Source: Histomonas meleagridis 2922-C6/04-290x
Taxonomy: Eukaryota; Protista; Parabasalia
Direction of reading: 5' to 3'
Assembly: GCA_020184695.1 (NCBI GenBank)
Contig: JAANOX010000032.1
Location: forward strand, 124,001 to 188,000
DNA length: 64,000 bases
In this document: positions 44,289 to 56,053 of the stretch, piece after piece
Numbering within the stretch: the stretch's first letter is position 1
Layout of the letters: each line of letters starts with the position of its first letter
The notes under the pieces: model-generated
What the model saw: only the letters and a program-made list of their open reading frames with translations
Told to the model about the DNA's origin: nothing
Database searches by the model: none
Made by a program: the position numbers and the translations under genes

Positions 44289-45392
44289 ATGATGTTTTCT
44301 TTCTCTCCTGAATCTTCAAATGGGTTTACATCAACAAGCTCATTTGAACTATATAAAAGCGAACGTTCGGAGAGATTTCAACAAATAAATCAAGAAATGA
44401 AAACTGAAAAAGAAATACAAATTCAAGATCTGCAAACTCAACTTCAACAACTTGTAGCAGAAGCAAATTCGGCTCAAGCAAAAATGTCCTTAGAGCAGAG
44501 ACAGTATGTTATTAAACGGGAATCACTACTAACAGAATTAAATAGAATACAGATAGAAACTGAAGTCAAATTAAAAGAATTAAGAATTGAACACTTTCAA
44601 AAGGTTCAATCCCTTTTCGACAAACATAACAAAATTGTATCGAAATTAACTCAAAATATTCCTGAGTCAAAAGAAAAGAACAAAGAAAATGATCGATCCA
44701 ATGAAATCGAAGAAATTCGCACACAATTAGAAACCATTACCAAATCTATTTCAAGGAAGAAAGAGACCGAAATTAAGAATTCCAAGGAAGAAGAAGAAAA
44801 CATCAAATCAATACAACAAAAGATCACAGACTTAAACATAAAAAGAGAAAATTTAACGCAACAATTAAAAGAAGCGCAAGAAACACATAAAGCTCGTATC
44901 ATAGAACTCACACAACAATTAGATAAAAATGATACAGAATGCCAATTAGGAATAGAACAATTTCAAAGTAAAATGAAAAAGAAAGAAGAAGAATATCAAG
45001 AACAAATAAATCAAAAGCTGAAAAAAATTGCGGAAATCAAAGATAAAAATCAACCGATAATAAAGGAGAAAATGGAAAAAATTAAAGCAATACAAAAAGA
45101 AATAAAACAAATCAATGCAAACTTTAAAAATAAAATGAAAGATGCAAATCGAGTCGCAGAAAAATTAAAAACTTCATTAATCAATGCTAATAATCGGAAA
45201 TCAAGACAAGTTGAAACCGAGAAAAAAAGAAATGCTCAAAGTCAGCAATTACTTAAAGAAAATTTGGAATTGCAACAAAAATATATTACGATGCAACAAG
45301 AATTAAATATGTCAAAGCTTAAGTTTATTCAAATGAAAAAAGAACTGACACTAAAAATCGGATCAAGAAGAGTTTCAACAATATTCATGTGA
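44289..45392 (+). CDS. Coiled-coil protein, paralogue of 52592..53707
   Basis: Heptad-rich. It shares the QRxYxIKRESLLTE / QRKFQIRKESLITE and RVAEKLKTSLINAN.RKSRQ / RIADKLKTALNNAN.RKSKQ blocks with the paralogue. Confidence 0.75.
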   Translation: MMFSFSPESSNGFTSTSSFELYKSERSERFQQINQEMKTEKEIQIQDLQTQLQQLVAEANSAQAKMSLEQRQYVIKRESLLTELNRIQIETEVKLKELRIEHFQKVQSLFDKHNKIVSKLTQNIPESKEKNKENDRSNEIEEIRTQLETITKSISRKKETEIKNSKEEEENIKSIQQKITDLNIKRENLTQQLKEAQETHKARIIELTQQLDKNDTECQLGIEQFQSKMKKKEEEYQEQINQKLKKIAEIKDKNQPIIKEKMEKIKAIQKEIKQINANFKNKMKDANRVAEKLKTSLINANNRKSRQVETEKKRNAQSQQLLKENLELQQKYITMQQELNMSKLKFIQMKKELTLKIGSRRVSTIFM

Positions 45393-45471
45393 GTAAACTT
45401 TGATATGTGTATCTGAATTTCTTCTTTTAATTGTTATTTTTTTCAAGACAAGAAAATTTCGTATTGAATAG

Positions 45472-46281
45472 GTGTGTTCGACGATAGAAGAAATGATAAA
45501 TGTTGCATTCTATGTTAAAAAGGAGAAATGGCAAAAAATGAATATGCCTCATCTTGTTGAATATGCTAAACAATTTAACATACAAATTAAACAAATTGAT
45601 TTGTCGAAAAATCTTGATGAGCAAGGTCCATTTAATATCATCATTCATAAATCTATTGATTTATTTGTTCAAGATCAATACTTCCATTCCCTTGAAGCAA
45701 AAAATCAGATTAATAATTTTCAATCATATATTAATCATCATCCTGAAACTCATGTAATTAACCCACTAAAATTCGATCAGCTTGTTATATCAAGGAAAGA
45801 AACATTTAGGGAACTTTCTTTAATCGATTTTAAGGAATATTGTCAAATCCCTTTAATCACGTCAAATACGCAAAAAGTTTTATTAAAACCAGATCTCGCA
45901 TGCGGAGCTCCGTCTGCACATGTTTTTGAGGTCCGAAATTATAATGATGTAATTGAATCTGATTGGTATGTCCAACCATATATTGAATCTGGTAATGCCG
46001 TTGTAAAAGTTTACTCAATTGGGGATGTTGTGAGGTGCAATATCAAGAATCCAGATCATATAGACTTTCACATTGAGAATGACATTATATACAAAATCGC
46101 TGAATTAATACGTCTAAGATTTAAATGTGAATTATTTGGATTTGATTTAATCCAAGATATAGATAGTAAACAGTGGTACATTGTTGATTTAAATTCATTC
46201 TCTGGAATGGAAGTAATTCCTGGATTTGAAAATTTGTTTATAAATTTCATAAAAAATAAATCATCACATGAAAATATGTAA
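45472..46281 (+). CDS. ITPK1: Inositol 1,3,4-trisphosphate 5/6-kinase family (ATP-grasp)
   Basis: IDLSKNLDEQGPFNIIIHK, LLKPDLACG...AH, VQPYI...VKVY.IG and LFGFDLI...IVDLNSFSG. The true start may be the next Met. Confidence 0.8.
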   Translation: MCSTIEEMINVAFYVKKEKWQKMNMPHLVEYAKQFNIQIKQIDLSKNLDEQGPFNIIIHKSIDLFVQDQYFHSLEAKNQINNFQSYINHHPETHVINPLKFDQLVISRKETFRELSLIDFKEYCQIPLITSNTQKVLLKPDLACGAPSAHVFEVRNYNDVIESDWYVQPYIESGNAVVKVYSIGDVVRCNIKNPDHIDFHIENDIIYKIAELIRLRFKCELFGFDLIQDIDSKQWYIVDLNSFSGMEVIPGFENLFINFIKNKSSHENM

Positions 46282-46529
46282 TAAACTTAAATGCTCAATA
46301 ATTTTAATTATTAAAAAAAAAATTCGATAAATCGAGCATAATAACATTAATGTAGTTTACAAAGTAAAATTACTCTTAAGATTTTGAAAGCAATAATAAT
46401 AATAATAATAAAATGAGAATTGGAAGATAACTTCGTCTAAACCTTATATCAAAATGATGCTTTTTGTTTCTCTCACAAACAATTAAAAATTTTAATTTTT
46501 CATTTTATTTGATGAGAAGTTTTCAATAC

Positions 46530-46684
46530 TAAATATGAGATATGAAAATAAATTTTTTGATTTTGATTGCGTATTTTCTCATCACAGAGTTATAATATAA
46601 GCTTGATATTTATACCAACTATAACATACACTATATCCTATTCATTATTATTTTGTTTGTACTTTTGTTAAATATATTTTCAAT
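46530..46684. repeat. Dispersed repeat of about 110-150 bp with an inverted copy at about 50883-51020
   Basis: CTCATCACAGAGTTATAATATAAGCTTGATATTTATACCAACTAT... occurs at 46578 and as the reverse complement ending near 50989. Confidence 0.8.
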
Positions 46685-47655
46685 TTTCAAGCAATTTAAC
46701 TATTTCTGTATAACCATTTTCAGATGCTAAAATAAGTGCTGTTTTAAATAATTTAAATAATTTCCAAATATTATTTTCAAATATCAAATTATAAATATAA
46801 ATATTATCTTTAGCATTAACATTAATTCCTTCTTGTTCAAGAAGTAATTTAACGATTTCTGTGTAACCATTTTTAGATGCGTACATAAGTGCTGTTTTAA
46901 ATATTTTAAATAATTTCCATATATTAATTTGAAATAGGAAATTATTAAAATAAATATCAAATAAAATAAATAAATATCTTTAGCATTAATATCAATTCCT
47001 TTTTGTTCAAGAAGTAATTTGACTGTTCCTATATGACCATTTAAAGATGCTGCAATAAGTGATGTCCAAAATAATTTAAATAATTTCCAAATAATATTTT
47101 GAAATAGAAAATTATTATAATAAATTTTAAATAAAACAAATAAATACTTTGAGCATTAACATTAATTCCTTCTTGTTCAAGAAGTAATTTAACGATTTCT
47201 GTATAACCATTATAAGATGCATGTATAAGTGCTGTGTTAAATAATTTAAATATTTCCCAAATATTATTTTAAAATATAAAATTATTAAAATAAATATCAA
47301 ATAAAACAAATAAATATCTTTAGCATTAATATCAATTCCTTCTTGTTCAAGAAGTAATTTAACTATTTCTATATGATTACATGTAGATGCCATAATCAGT
47401 GCTGTACTAATTAATTTAAATAATTTCCAAATATTATTTTGAATTTCCAAATTATTAAAATAAAAACTAAATAAAACAAATAAATATCTTTAGCATTAAT
47501 ATCAATTCCTTCTTGTTCAAGAAGTAATTTAACTATTTCTGTGTAACCTTTTAAAGATGCTTTCATAAGTGCTGTTTTAAATATTTTAAATAATTTCCAA
47601 ATATTAATTTTAAATATCAAATCAATCAAATAAATTTTAAAGAAAACGAATAAAT
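46680..47655 (-). repeat. Array of 6 ankyrin cassettes with frame-breaking spacers
   Basis: Anchors at 47567, 47397, 47227, 47057, 46887 and 46734 give four intervals of 170 and one of 153. The first spacer, 47576-47655, is 80 nt. Confidence 0.9.
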
Positions 47656-48816
47656 ATTTTTATCATTAATACCAATTCCTTTTTGCTTTAAAGCATATTC
47701 AACAAGTTCAATATTTCCTGATTCTGCAGAGAATATTAAAATATATTTTGGAATTGGACATTCTTTTAGAAAATGTTCTACAAGATAAAGATTTCCATCA
47801 CTTGCTGCATCGTATATAAAATCTTCATTAATTTTCATTCCATTTTTCAGTAAAAACTTAAAAATTTCAATGTTCCAGAACTTAATACATAAATTTCCTA
47901 AACTTTCTAAATTATCAATTTTTTCAATTTTATTTTCATAAAGATATATAAAGATATCATTTTTATAGAACTCAATTGCTGTTTCATATGCTTTATAGAA
48001 TGATACATGATTTTGTTCACATAAATGAATTATCTCTAAATTTCCACCTGCAATTGCATATTTTCCTGTTATTTTCATTTTTGCTCCATTCATAAGTAAA
48101 TATTTAAAACATTTAACAGATCCAAAAAATGCAGCAAAATTAATTAATGAAACTTTATTTTGATTAATAAATGAACATCTTTCATAAAGTGATGGCTCAA
48201 TTTTTTGATCAATATTGAAATTTGCTTGTGATGATATTTCTTGAAGTTTTCCTAATTCATCATTTCGAATTATTTTCGCAATTTCATTCGGATTTGCTCC
48301 TTCTTCAATTAACTTCTTATGGAGTTCCCAATCATTCTTTGATAGTTCTTCATAATTTTCTAAAATTTCTTGCACTTCTTGGCGATAGCTATAGCCTTTC
48401 AATTGATGAAATTCTTCTTCTGTCATATAATGAACAAAATATTGCTGATTCTTATTTTTAATAATTTCTGATTGTATCAAATTTTGTTGAATCATTTTAT
48501 CAAGAATATAAAATGATTCATGTGTATCATCTTTAAGTAGAAAACGCACATACATATCAAATATATTTGATTCAAATGATTTAATTTTACGAAGAAAACT
48601 TAAATACAAATCAATCTCGTTCATCCTAATAGTAATACTTCTGTGTATAATTTGTACAATAATTATATTGAAAGATATTGGATGAATAATACCAAATTTG
48701 CTTATAATGGATTTTGCAGATTGCACAATATCTTCTTTGGTTAAATTAAAAATTAATTCTACAACAGATAGTATATCTGGTGTGCTCTCTTGTTTTTGGG
48801 TTGTTTTTTCGTCCAT
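47626..48816 (-). CDS. DUF3447-type ankyrin-family protein; the ORF stops in the first spacer
   Basis: ANPNEIAKIIRNDELGKLQ, SLINFAAFFGSVKCFKYL and AIAGGNLEIIHLCEQ. Confidence 0.85.
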   Translation of the reverse strand: MDEKTTQKQESTPDILSVVELIFNLTKEDIVQSAKSIISKFGIIHPISFNIIIVQIIHRSITIRMNEIDLYLSFLRKIKSFESNIFDMYVRFLLKDDTHESFYILDKMIQQNLIQSEIIKNKNQQYFVHYMTEEEFHQLKGYSYRQEVQEILENYEELSKNDWELHKKLIEEGANPNEIAKIIRNDELGKLQEISSQANFNIDQKIEPSLYERCSFINQNKVSLINFAAFFGSVKCFKYLLMNGAKMKITGKYAIAGGNLEIIHLCEQNHVSFYKAYETAIEFYKNDIFIYLYENKIEKIDNLESLGNLCIKFWNIEIFKFLLKNGMKINEDFIYDAASDGNLYLVEHFLKECPIPKYILIFSAESGNIELVEYALKQKGIGINDKNIYSFSLKFI

Positions 48817-48899
48817 TATTTATTTGACTAGTTTATTACAATGGTACAATCAACCGCTCCAAGCTAAAAATCGTCCAGCATTAAACAAATATTACCAAT

Positions 48900-49988
48900 A
48901 TGATTCAAGAAAACGTCACAGAACAAAACACATTTGTTAGTAGTGTCGATATTTTTTATCCAGCAGATTGGTTTAATCAAATTGAATCTGCTGTAATTTC
49001 ACAATATAACATATTACACCCTAAAGGCGATGTAGATAATTCTGTACTTTCTGGTTTTCTATTATTTGATAATAATACTCAAGCTTTAAGTATCCTTTCA
49101 CTTGCAACTGGAACAAAATTAATGTCTGGTGATCAAAGGGAAAAAACTTCTTCAATTGGTCCTGTTTTCCTCCATGATTGTCATGCAGAAATTCTTGCAC
49201 ATCGCGGATTTCAAGTATGGGTATGGAATAATTTAGACATGATATTTCAAAATGGCGAATTACCTCCCAACTTAACCATTCACTTTTATTCTAGCACGCC
49301 ACCATGTGGTGATTGTTGTGTACATCAAGTAAACAATACCGTTTTAACTCAAACAGGTTCGAAACCATTTGGTTGTGATCAATCACAACTTTCTACAACT
49401 CCACCGAATGTTGTAAGAGGCAAACCAGGACATGGATCACGATCACAAAGTGTCTCATGTTCAGATAAACTGTGCATTTGGGTTAATTGTGGTGCCGAAG
49501 GTTCATTGCTTTCGAATTTTGTCAAAACAATAAAAATTAGTTCGATATGTATTGGCGAAGGCACTTTGGAAACTATAAACCGAGCGATAAATGAAAGAGT
49601 GAATAATAAAGAAAATAAAACTAAAATTTTCGTTGGTCAATCTAAATGGAAACAAAAAGATAATTCGCCAAGTTCTTCATCATTTGTTTGGTGGAAAGGC
49701 TGCCAAAAAAACGGCGAATTAATTGCTGCAAAATACGGAAGAAAATTAGGCGTGATACCAAAAAGACAAGAAGACCCGAGATTTTATTCACTAATTTGTG
49801 ATGCAGCAATGTTAAATAGATTCATGGAAAGAGCTGAAAATAAAGAAAATATTTCATTAAAGAATACAAAAGAGAAAGAAACAGAGTTTAGTAGAAGAAA
49901 AAATGAAATTAAAAAGATACTAATAGGATATGGCGGCGATTGGGCAAAAAAGTTCCAGCAAGAAAGAGAATGGATATTAAATATGTAA
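48900..49988 (+). CDS. ADAT1: tRNA-specific adenosine deaminase 1 (A_deamin/editase domain, no dsRBD)
   Basis: SLATGTK, DCHAE, STPPCGD and SCSDKL..W...G.EGSLLS Zn-ligand motifs. Confidence 0.82.
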   Translation: MIQENVTEQNTFVSSVDIFYPADWFNQIESAVISQYNILHPKGDVDNSVLSGFLLFDNNTQALSILSLATGTKLMSGDQREKTSSIGPVFLHDCHAEILAHRGFQVWVWNNLDMIFQNGELPPNLTIHFYSSTPPCGDCCVHQVNNTVLTQTGSKPFGCDQSQLSTTPPNVVRGKPGHGSRSQSVSCSDKLCIWVNCGAEGSLLSNFVKTIKISSICIGEGTLETINRAINERVNNKENKTKIFVGQSKWKQKDNSPSSSSFVWWKGCQKNGELIAAKYGRKLGVIPKRQEDPRFYSLICDAAMLNRFMERAENKENISLKNTKEKETEFSRRKNEIKKILIGYGGDWAKKFQQEREWILNM

Positions 49989-50368
49989 TAAATATTGTTG
50001 TTGAATAAATTTTATAAATGTTTAAAATAGATAATAAAAAAAAAATTTAGAGAATGATAATGTTTTTTGAACTATAAAAAAATTAAATCTACGAAATTTT
50101 CATTCTTATTATTCTGTATGTATTTTAATGAAAAACAGATGTACTGATTTTTTCTGTATTTTAAAATAAATATTAAATGTTACACATTTTGATCTTGCTA
50201 CCCAAATATCATAAATTTCCGAAAATTAAATAATAAATATCGATTAAAGAATTACGTCTTGTTTAAACAGATATTTATATATGAATATTTTACTAAAAAA
50301 TATTAGTATATCAACATATAAAAGTGATAGATAGAACCGACTCGAAATTTTTATATAGCCAATCAACA

Positions 50369-50686
50369 TCATGCATATCTTTTCCAATAAAACCAAAGGA
50401 ATAAAACTAAAAGAAATATAAAAATCATTAGCATTGTCATTGGTGACATCCCAGAAGATTTCCATAAGGATTTCATATTACCTAGTAATTTGTTGATTGC
50501 TGTCATTCCTTTTTGGTATCTAGTTGACATTTCAGCGAGTAAATTATTCTGATTTTCAAGTTCTTCCCCAATAGCTTTTGATATTTGATTTAATTGACCA
50601 ACTGTACCACGTAAGTTATCAACATCAACATCAAACTGATCGTAAATTCCTGGATTATCATCAACATTCCTTCTTCTTGATGCCAT
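50369..50686 (-). CDS. Qc-SNARE (Bet1/Sft1-like), tail-anchored
   Basis: SNARE heptads (LRGTVGQLNQISKAIGEELENQNNLL) followed by a C-terminal transmembrane segment. Confidence 0.8.
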   Translation of the reverse strand: MASRRRNVDDNPGIYDQFDVDVDNLRGTVGQLNQISKAIGEELENQNNLLAEMSTRYQKGMTAINKLLGNMKSLWKSSGMSPMTMLMIFIFLLVLFLWFYWKRYA

Positions 50687-52061
50687 TCAAACAAATATTT
50701 TTTCATATCAAATGTCATTCTACCATTGGAAATAAGAAGTTTATATAAAAGTGGTGATAAAACCAATCAAGGTGAACAGTTTTTGGTGAGGTAGACAGTT
50801 TTTCACGGCACCTTTATGTAAGTTCAAAGGATGGATCAGAAAGCTTCTTTCCAAAGAAAAATCTTCCATGAATAGCTCTAAGTGAAAATATATTTAACAG
50901 AAGTACAAACAAAATACAAATAAATAGGGTATAGCGTGGATTATATAGTTGGTATAAATATCAAGCTTATATTATAACTCTGTGATGAGTTTGATCAAAA
51001 ATTTATTTACATATCTCATCATTCTAAACACACGCTTTTTATGCATATTGAGTTCTGATAATTTTAATAAAAAGAAATAATTTTTATTTGTGTGTTAGAG
51101 AAAAAATCACAAAAAATTTACATTTATGATAAAAGAATTAATTTTAGATGAATTGTATTTCACCCCTCTTCCAATTTTTCATCATTTCTAAAGATAGTTA
51201 TATTTAATATTTGATGACAAAAAATATCGGAAGCAAAAATTTAAAATAATGAAAATTGGTGTAAAAATGTACCTATTGATATCTCTTTTTCTCAAAATCT
51301 GCAAAAATTCACATAACTTTACAATTACATAACACTAGTGTTATGCAACAATATATTTATTTTTATTCGATCTGCCAGGATAGAAATTTTTAGAGTCATA
51401 TCCGAAAAGATAATAAAATATGAACATTATCTATATTAAGGAAGATTGCATATGCTAACATTAGACTTGATTGGCTCTAATTCATTATATAATTTGTCGA
51501 CAAATTCCCGGAAATTGTTCAGCGATCAAGTTCACAAGGAACTTATGTATGAATTCCTCCAATTTTATGGATGAAATCGAATTTAAACCATAAGTGCCAC
51601 CACCTCCATGGAGTAATGATTACAGATGTTGCCCACACGTAATATTAATGCCAAAAGATCCTTTAACTTCACTGATGTGTTAATTATATAAATGATAATG
51701 GTTCGACTTGTTCTATCTGTGAATTAAATATCTTACGAATGTATAAGAAGTGAATTGTATCTAACATTTGGGTCCCACTGATTGCACTAACAAATTGCTG
51801 CACTTTACCACCATCATGTACGAAGAAGAATTTTTGTTTGTGAAGTTCCCAAGGATGTCTTGTATAAGAGTATTATACGAAACTTTATAAAAAAAATAGA
51901 CTAAAAATATATTTCAAAAATGCAATTAATTTATGCATTTTCACGAGAAAACATAAGAAATATTCTTGAAGAAGAATTAAAACACTTTTTATGGAACCGT
52001 TTAAAATCACGGTTTTCTATAAATTTGAATATTTTGACAAAATAACCGTAAAAATTTCCAA

Positions 52062-52505
52062 ATGAATGAAGAACATTCACAAAAACAAGGATTAGAGGAA
52101 AACCAGGAACAAGTCACTAACATACTTCAGCAATATTCTAACCTAATACAGCAACACCCAGAAATTGCAAATACTTTAAATAATAATATGGTTCTTCAAA
52201 ATTTCATACAAAATACACAAGTTGAAGCTAACCCAGAAAAACGGAGGATTTCAGATAGGCTTAGTGGTTTTGATGTTAAGGATAATATTGCATGGAAAGA
52301 AATCACAAGAAGATTTGGAAGCAATATCAAGCAACCTGAGCTTCTCAGTATTGCGAACGTTCTTGCTAATTATGCTAACATTAGGCTTGATCGTGATGCA
52401 AAAAGAAGGAAAAGTGTATTGATAAAGTGGTTTAATGAGAATTGGGCTGCAATTTCTGGATACTTAAACCATGTTGTTCTTGAAGATAGTACTCAACAAA
52501 GTTAA
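52062..52505 (+). CDS. Member of an uncharacterised trichomonad small-protein family
   Basis: ELLSIA..LA....IRLDRDAKRRKSVLIKWF.ENW, a motif I recall from a multicopy trichomonad family. Function unknown. Confidence 0.7.
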   Translation: MNEEHSQKQGLEENQEQVTNILQQYSNLIQQHPEIANTLNNNMVLQNFIQNTQVEANPEKRRISDRLSGFDVKDNIAWKEITRRFGSNIKQPELLSIANVLANYANIRLDRDAKRRKSVLIKWFNENWAAISGYLNHVVLEDSTQQS

Positions 52506-52591
52506 CTTTTGAAGTTGATCCGAGGTTTTCTTTGAGGTGTAATTTTTATAAAAAATTTCTTCTCGTAAAGTTTTGTACGTTAAAAAAACAA

Positions 52592-53707
52592 ATGAAAAAT
52601 TCGGAAATATTTACACAAACAAGAACGAATCAGAGCTATTACTCACTGCGTTCTTTCCCTGAATTTCAACATCAAAGAATGGAAAAATTTAATATGGCAA
52701 TGGATGATTTATCTTCAAAACAAGAACATGAAATTTTAGTTTTGCAAAGTTACCTAGATGACTTGTTGGTTAAACTTGGAAATGTGCAATCAGAGATGTC
52801 TTCTGATCAACGCAAATTCCAGATTCGCAAAGAATCTTTAATCACTGAAATTAAAAAAGTTAGAACAGACTTGGATTCAACACTATCTCAAGAACGTATG
52901 TATTATCTAAATGAAATGGAAAGAATACAAAAACAGCATAACATTGAATTTGATAGAATTGCATTAACAATAAATCTAAAGAATCAAGAAAAAAATAATA
53001 CAAACAAAACCGATCCTTTTCTAAATGAAACACGTATCAGAGCCAAAAAAGTAAAAGCTAATGTGGAAAAATATCATAATGGCGATGAGGAAGAAGAAGA
53101 TAATTATTCACAAGGTATCGAAGAAAGAATTGAAGAACTCGAAATCCAACGGAAAGAATTGAAATTGCGTGTTCAAGAAGAGCATAAATTATATCAATCA
53201 CAATTAAAAGAATTAACAATGATTATATATGAACAAGATGTAAATTTCAACGCAGAAATTGAAGAACTTCAACAAAAAATGAACAAAGATGAAGAATCAT
53301 ATCAACAAAAAATAGAAAAGTTAGCAATAGAACTTCAGAAAATTCGCGAAAACAAGAAAAATAATACAATTAAAAGGAATCAAAAAATTGAAAATTTCCA
53401 AAAGCAAATAGAAAACATGGAAAGCAATATTCGTCAAAAGTTTCAAAATGCTACAAGAATTGCGGACAAACTCAAAACAGCATTAAATAATGCAAACCTT
53501 AGAAAATCCAAACAAATGGAAAACGAGAAAAAACAAATAGAAGAACAACAGAAAATTATGAGTGAATCAATTGAACTTCAAAAGAAATCATTTTCTTTAC
53601 AAAGAGAACTAGAAAAAACGCAAAAAGACACTTTCAAATTAAAGAAACAACAATCCATGATCAACTCTCGATATACTACGCATTCAATTTTCTTAGATTC
53701 ATTTTAA
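52592..53707 (+). CDS. Coiled-coil protein, paralogue of 44289..45392
   Basis: See 44289..45392. The first in-frame ATG is at 52592. Confidence 0.75.
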   Translation: MKNSEIFTQTRTNQSYYSLRSFPEFQHQRMEKFNMAMDDLSSKQEHEILVLQSYLDDLLVKLGNVQSEMSSDQRKFQIRKESLITEIKKVRTDLDSTLSQERMYYLNEMERIQKQHNIEFDRIALTINLKNQEKNNTNKTDPFLNETRIRAKKVKANVEKYHNGDEEEEDNYSQGIEERIEELEIQRKELKLRVQEEHKLYQSQLKELTMIIYEQDVNFNAEIEELQQKMNKDEESYQQKIEKLAIELQKIRENKKNNTIKRNQKIENFQKQIENMESNIRQKFQNATRIADKLKTALNNANLRKSKQMENEKKQIEEQQKIMSESIELQKKSFSLQRELEKTQKDTFKLKKQQSMINSRYTTHSIFLDSF

Positions 53708-54147
53708 GAATTGTGTTATTTTATAGAAATATACTAAACCATTGTGTAATATTTAAAACCTTTTTGGTAACTATTCATATTTTTACTTCTATTTTGTTAA
53801 AAATACTTGAGTTTTCGTCTGAGGTTTTCACAAAGATTAATTCTAGATTTCAATATTTTTGCTATAAATGCTTTATGATAAATTAGGTTTGTAATATTGT
53901 AGCCAACAATTTCTCGTATTCTTTAGCATAAGCTATAAAATTATGGTAAAGATATCTAATGATTCTCTTTTACATATTTTCTAAATCCAACATGATCAAT
54001 GAAAGCTTTGATTATTTTAAAAAATCAAATATTTGAGTATCAATATTAATATATTAAAACAAGAATCGCTGAAGTAATTCTAAGAAGTAATTTTTCGATA
54101 AAATTTTATATTAATTTTACAAAACAATTTTTTATTCAAAACACATA

Positions 54148-55635
54148 TTATTCTTCGAAAAAGAACATGTAATAAGCCCAAATTGTCACAATAACGCCAA
54201 ATACTAACAATACTTTGATTCCTTGTTCAATGTTATTAAACAGAAACTCGAATATCATTGAAAATGATGCCGAATAAAGTTTATCTTCTTCAATTTCCAA
54301 AACTCCATCTCCGCTATCATTTAATTCAATGAACTTAATTTCAACAGTAGCAGATGTTACTGAATCTAAAGTTTCTGGATAAACTAATTGTGCATCAAGC
54401 TTTGTTATTAGGTTCACATATTTGTTTGAGGTTCCGAATTTTTTGTACATAAACGTCCACCTGGCAAACGGTTTTGTAACGGTCGCACTCGAACGGTTAG
54501 TCGAGGAGACGTTTATTCTAATGTCAGATCCAGAAATGATGTTTCCATATGAAGCAAATATTTGAAGTAATGTTTGTGGATCAGATGAGTAAACAGGAAG
54601 GCACGATTGAATAAGTGTTTCTTGTGTCGGGTTTGTAAGTGGAATTAAAATAAATGAATCAACACCAAAAATAACAGACGATCCTCCTACATACAAAGGC
54701 CTTCGATATGCATTACTAAACTGAATTGTAGATTGTTGGTCCCAGTACATAACAGGTAAATTAACATGATATCCAGTTTCACCAGGATCATATGAAGTTC
54801 CTCCTGATATTGACGATCTAAACGAAATTCTTGTTTCAAGGATAGCTAACCCGTTGACCTTCAAGTTAAATGGCCATGTTTGAATATAGTTAAGCGCATA
54901 TTGAGAAATTGTATTTGTGAAATCCAAGCTTAAATACATTCGCGACGTAAAAGGGGCATAAGAAACGACATCGTTTTGACCTGTTGGTGATATAGGAATC
55001 AGATTTTCTGGGGTTGAATAAACTTGAAGATTTTGAAAAATTGTATTCCATGCCATGAAATTATCTCTGTCTGCATCTTCATCAACTAGTTGGCATTCAG
55101 TCTGTGGATAAGAATTGCCATAAAGAATTGGAATGTAAGCATTACATTGAGATGAACCGATTCCAATTGGTAAATAAGTATTTACAGTTTTACTTGTAGT
55201 TGTATCAACAAAGTTCAGTGGTTCTCCGCTTTCATATGAAGTTCTTGATCTTCCGTATTCAGGGAGTCTATAAGGTTGATCAACAAGATCTTGAAGATTT
55301 TGAATACCAAAATCACTGAAGTTATAATTGTGTATGATGTCGTTATTTCCTTGCTCATCTACATAGTAACAATTTATACCATTTATTATAATTTGGTGAA
55401 TGGAATTAATATTAGTTGATTTAATTCTTCCATTGGGATCACATGAAATAGAAATAGGCCCTGGTTTCTCTGGAAGACAGAAAGAAAATGAAGATTTTTG
55501 ATCTTCTGTACAATATGGATCGCAACAACAATATGGATTGCATTCTCCTTCATTTTGTATACAATCGCATTGACTCTGTCCTAAGAATATAGATTCATCA
55601 ATTGTAAATACAATAGAGAAAAAGATAACAAGCAT
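54148..55635 (-). CDS. Tectonic-like ciliary transition-zone protein
   Basis: N-terminal hydrophobic signal, Cys-rich CDC....CNPYCCCDPYC...FSFC and a C-terminal hydrophobic segment. Confidence 0.75.
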   Translation of the reverse strand: MLVIFFSIVFTIDESIFLGQSQCDCIQNEGECNPYCCCDPYCTEDQKSSFSFCLPEKPGPISISCDPNGRIKSTNINSIHQIIINGINCYYVDEQGNNDIIHNYNFSDFGIQNLQDLVDQPYRLPEYGRSRTSYESGEPLNFVDTTTSKTVNTYLPIGIGSSQCNAYIPILYGNSYPQTECQLVDEDADRDNFMAWNTIFQNLQVYSTPENLIPISPTGQNDVVSYAPFTSRMYLSLDFTNTISQYALNYIQTWPFNLKVNGLAILETRISFRSSISGGTSYDPGETGYHVNLPVMYWDQQSTIQFSNAYRRPLYVGGSSVIFGVDSFILIPLTNPTQETLIQSCLPVYSSDPQTLLQIFASYGNIISGSDIRINVSSTNRSSATVTKPFARWTFMYKKFGTSNKYVNLITKLDAQLVYPETLDSVTSATVEIKFIELNDSGDGVLEIEEDKLYSASFSMIFEFLFNNIEQGIKVLLVFGVIVTIWAYYMFFFEE

Positions 55636-56053
55636 TTTTAGCGATTTTTATTGATTAACGGATTCATTTAAGGGGCACCCCTATCTCTTCGTTTCATAAT
55701 GATAATCAAGAAGTTATTTACAGTGTTAGCATTCAATCGCACATTAAACAAACATGCTTGTTAATTAATGTTTATAAAAATTATCAATAAATTTAGTATA
55801 ATATTAAATTATTTAAAATATTTTGAAAATGGATTAATATCAGCACATTACTTTATCATATTTCCTGATTCCTATAAGTTGACTGTGTTCATAGAAATAG
55901 ACTTTTCACATTTTTATTGCACTGAAATTGAATATTATAATTACTAGTTAGTAAAATTATAAAACATTCTTTTTGGTTTCTGGGTTTCTGAAAAAGTGGC
56001 ATTATATTCAAATTTATTTTCACAAGGTCTGGTTGGCCCGATTATTTCCCAAA

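Noticed and set aside
45472-49988. Functional clustering of ITPK1 (inositol polyphosphate pathway) with ADAT1 (IP6-dependent deaminase family)
   Set aside because: This is a single adjacency separated by an ankyrin locus, with no evidence beyond coincidence in a gene-dense genome.
52062-52505. Assignment as an IBP39-type initiator-binding domain
   Set aside because: It lacks the IBD signature as I recall it (CLVCGI.W...AINT.QL), so I left it as an uncharacterised family member.
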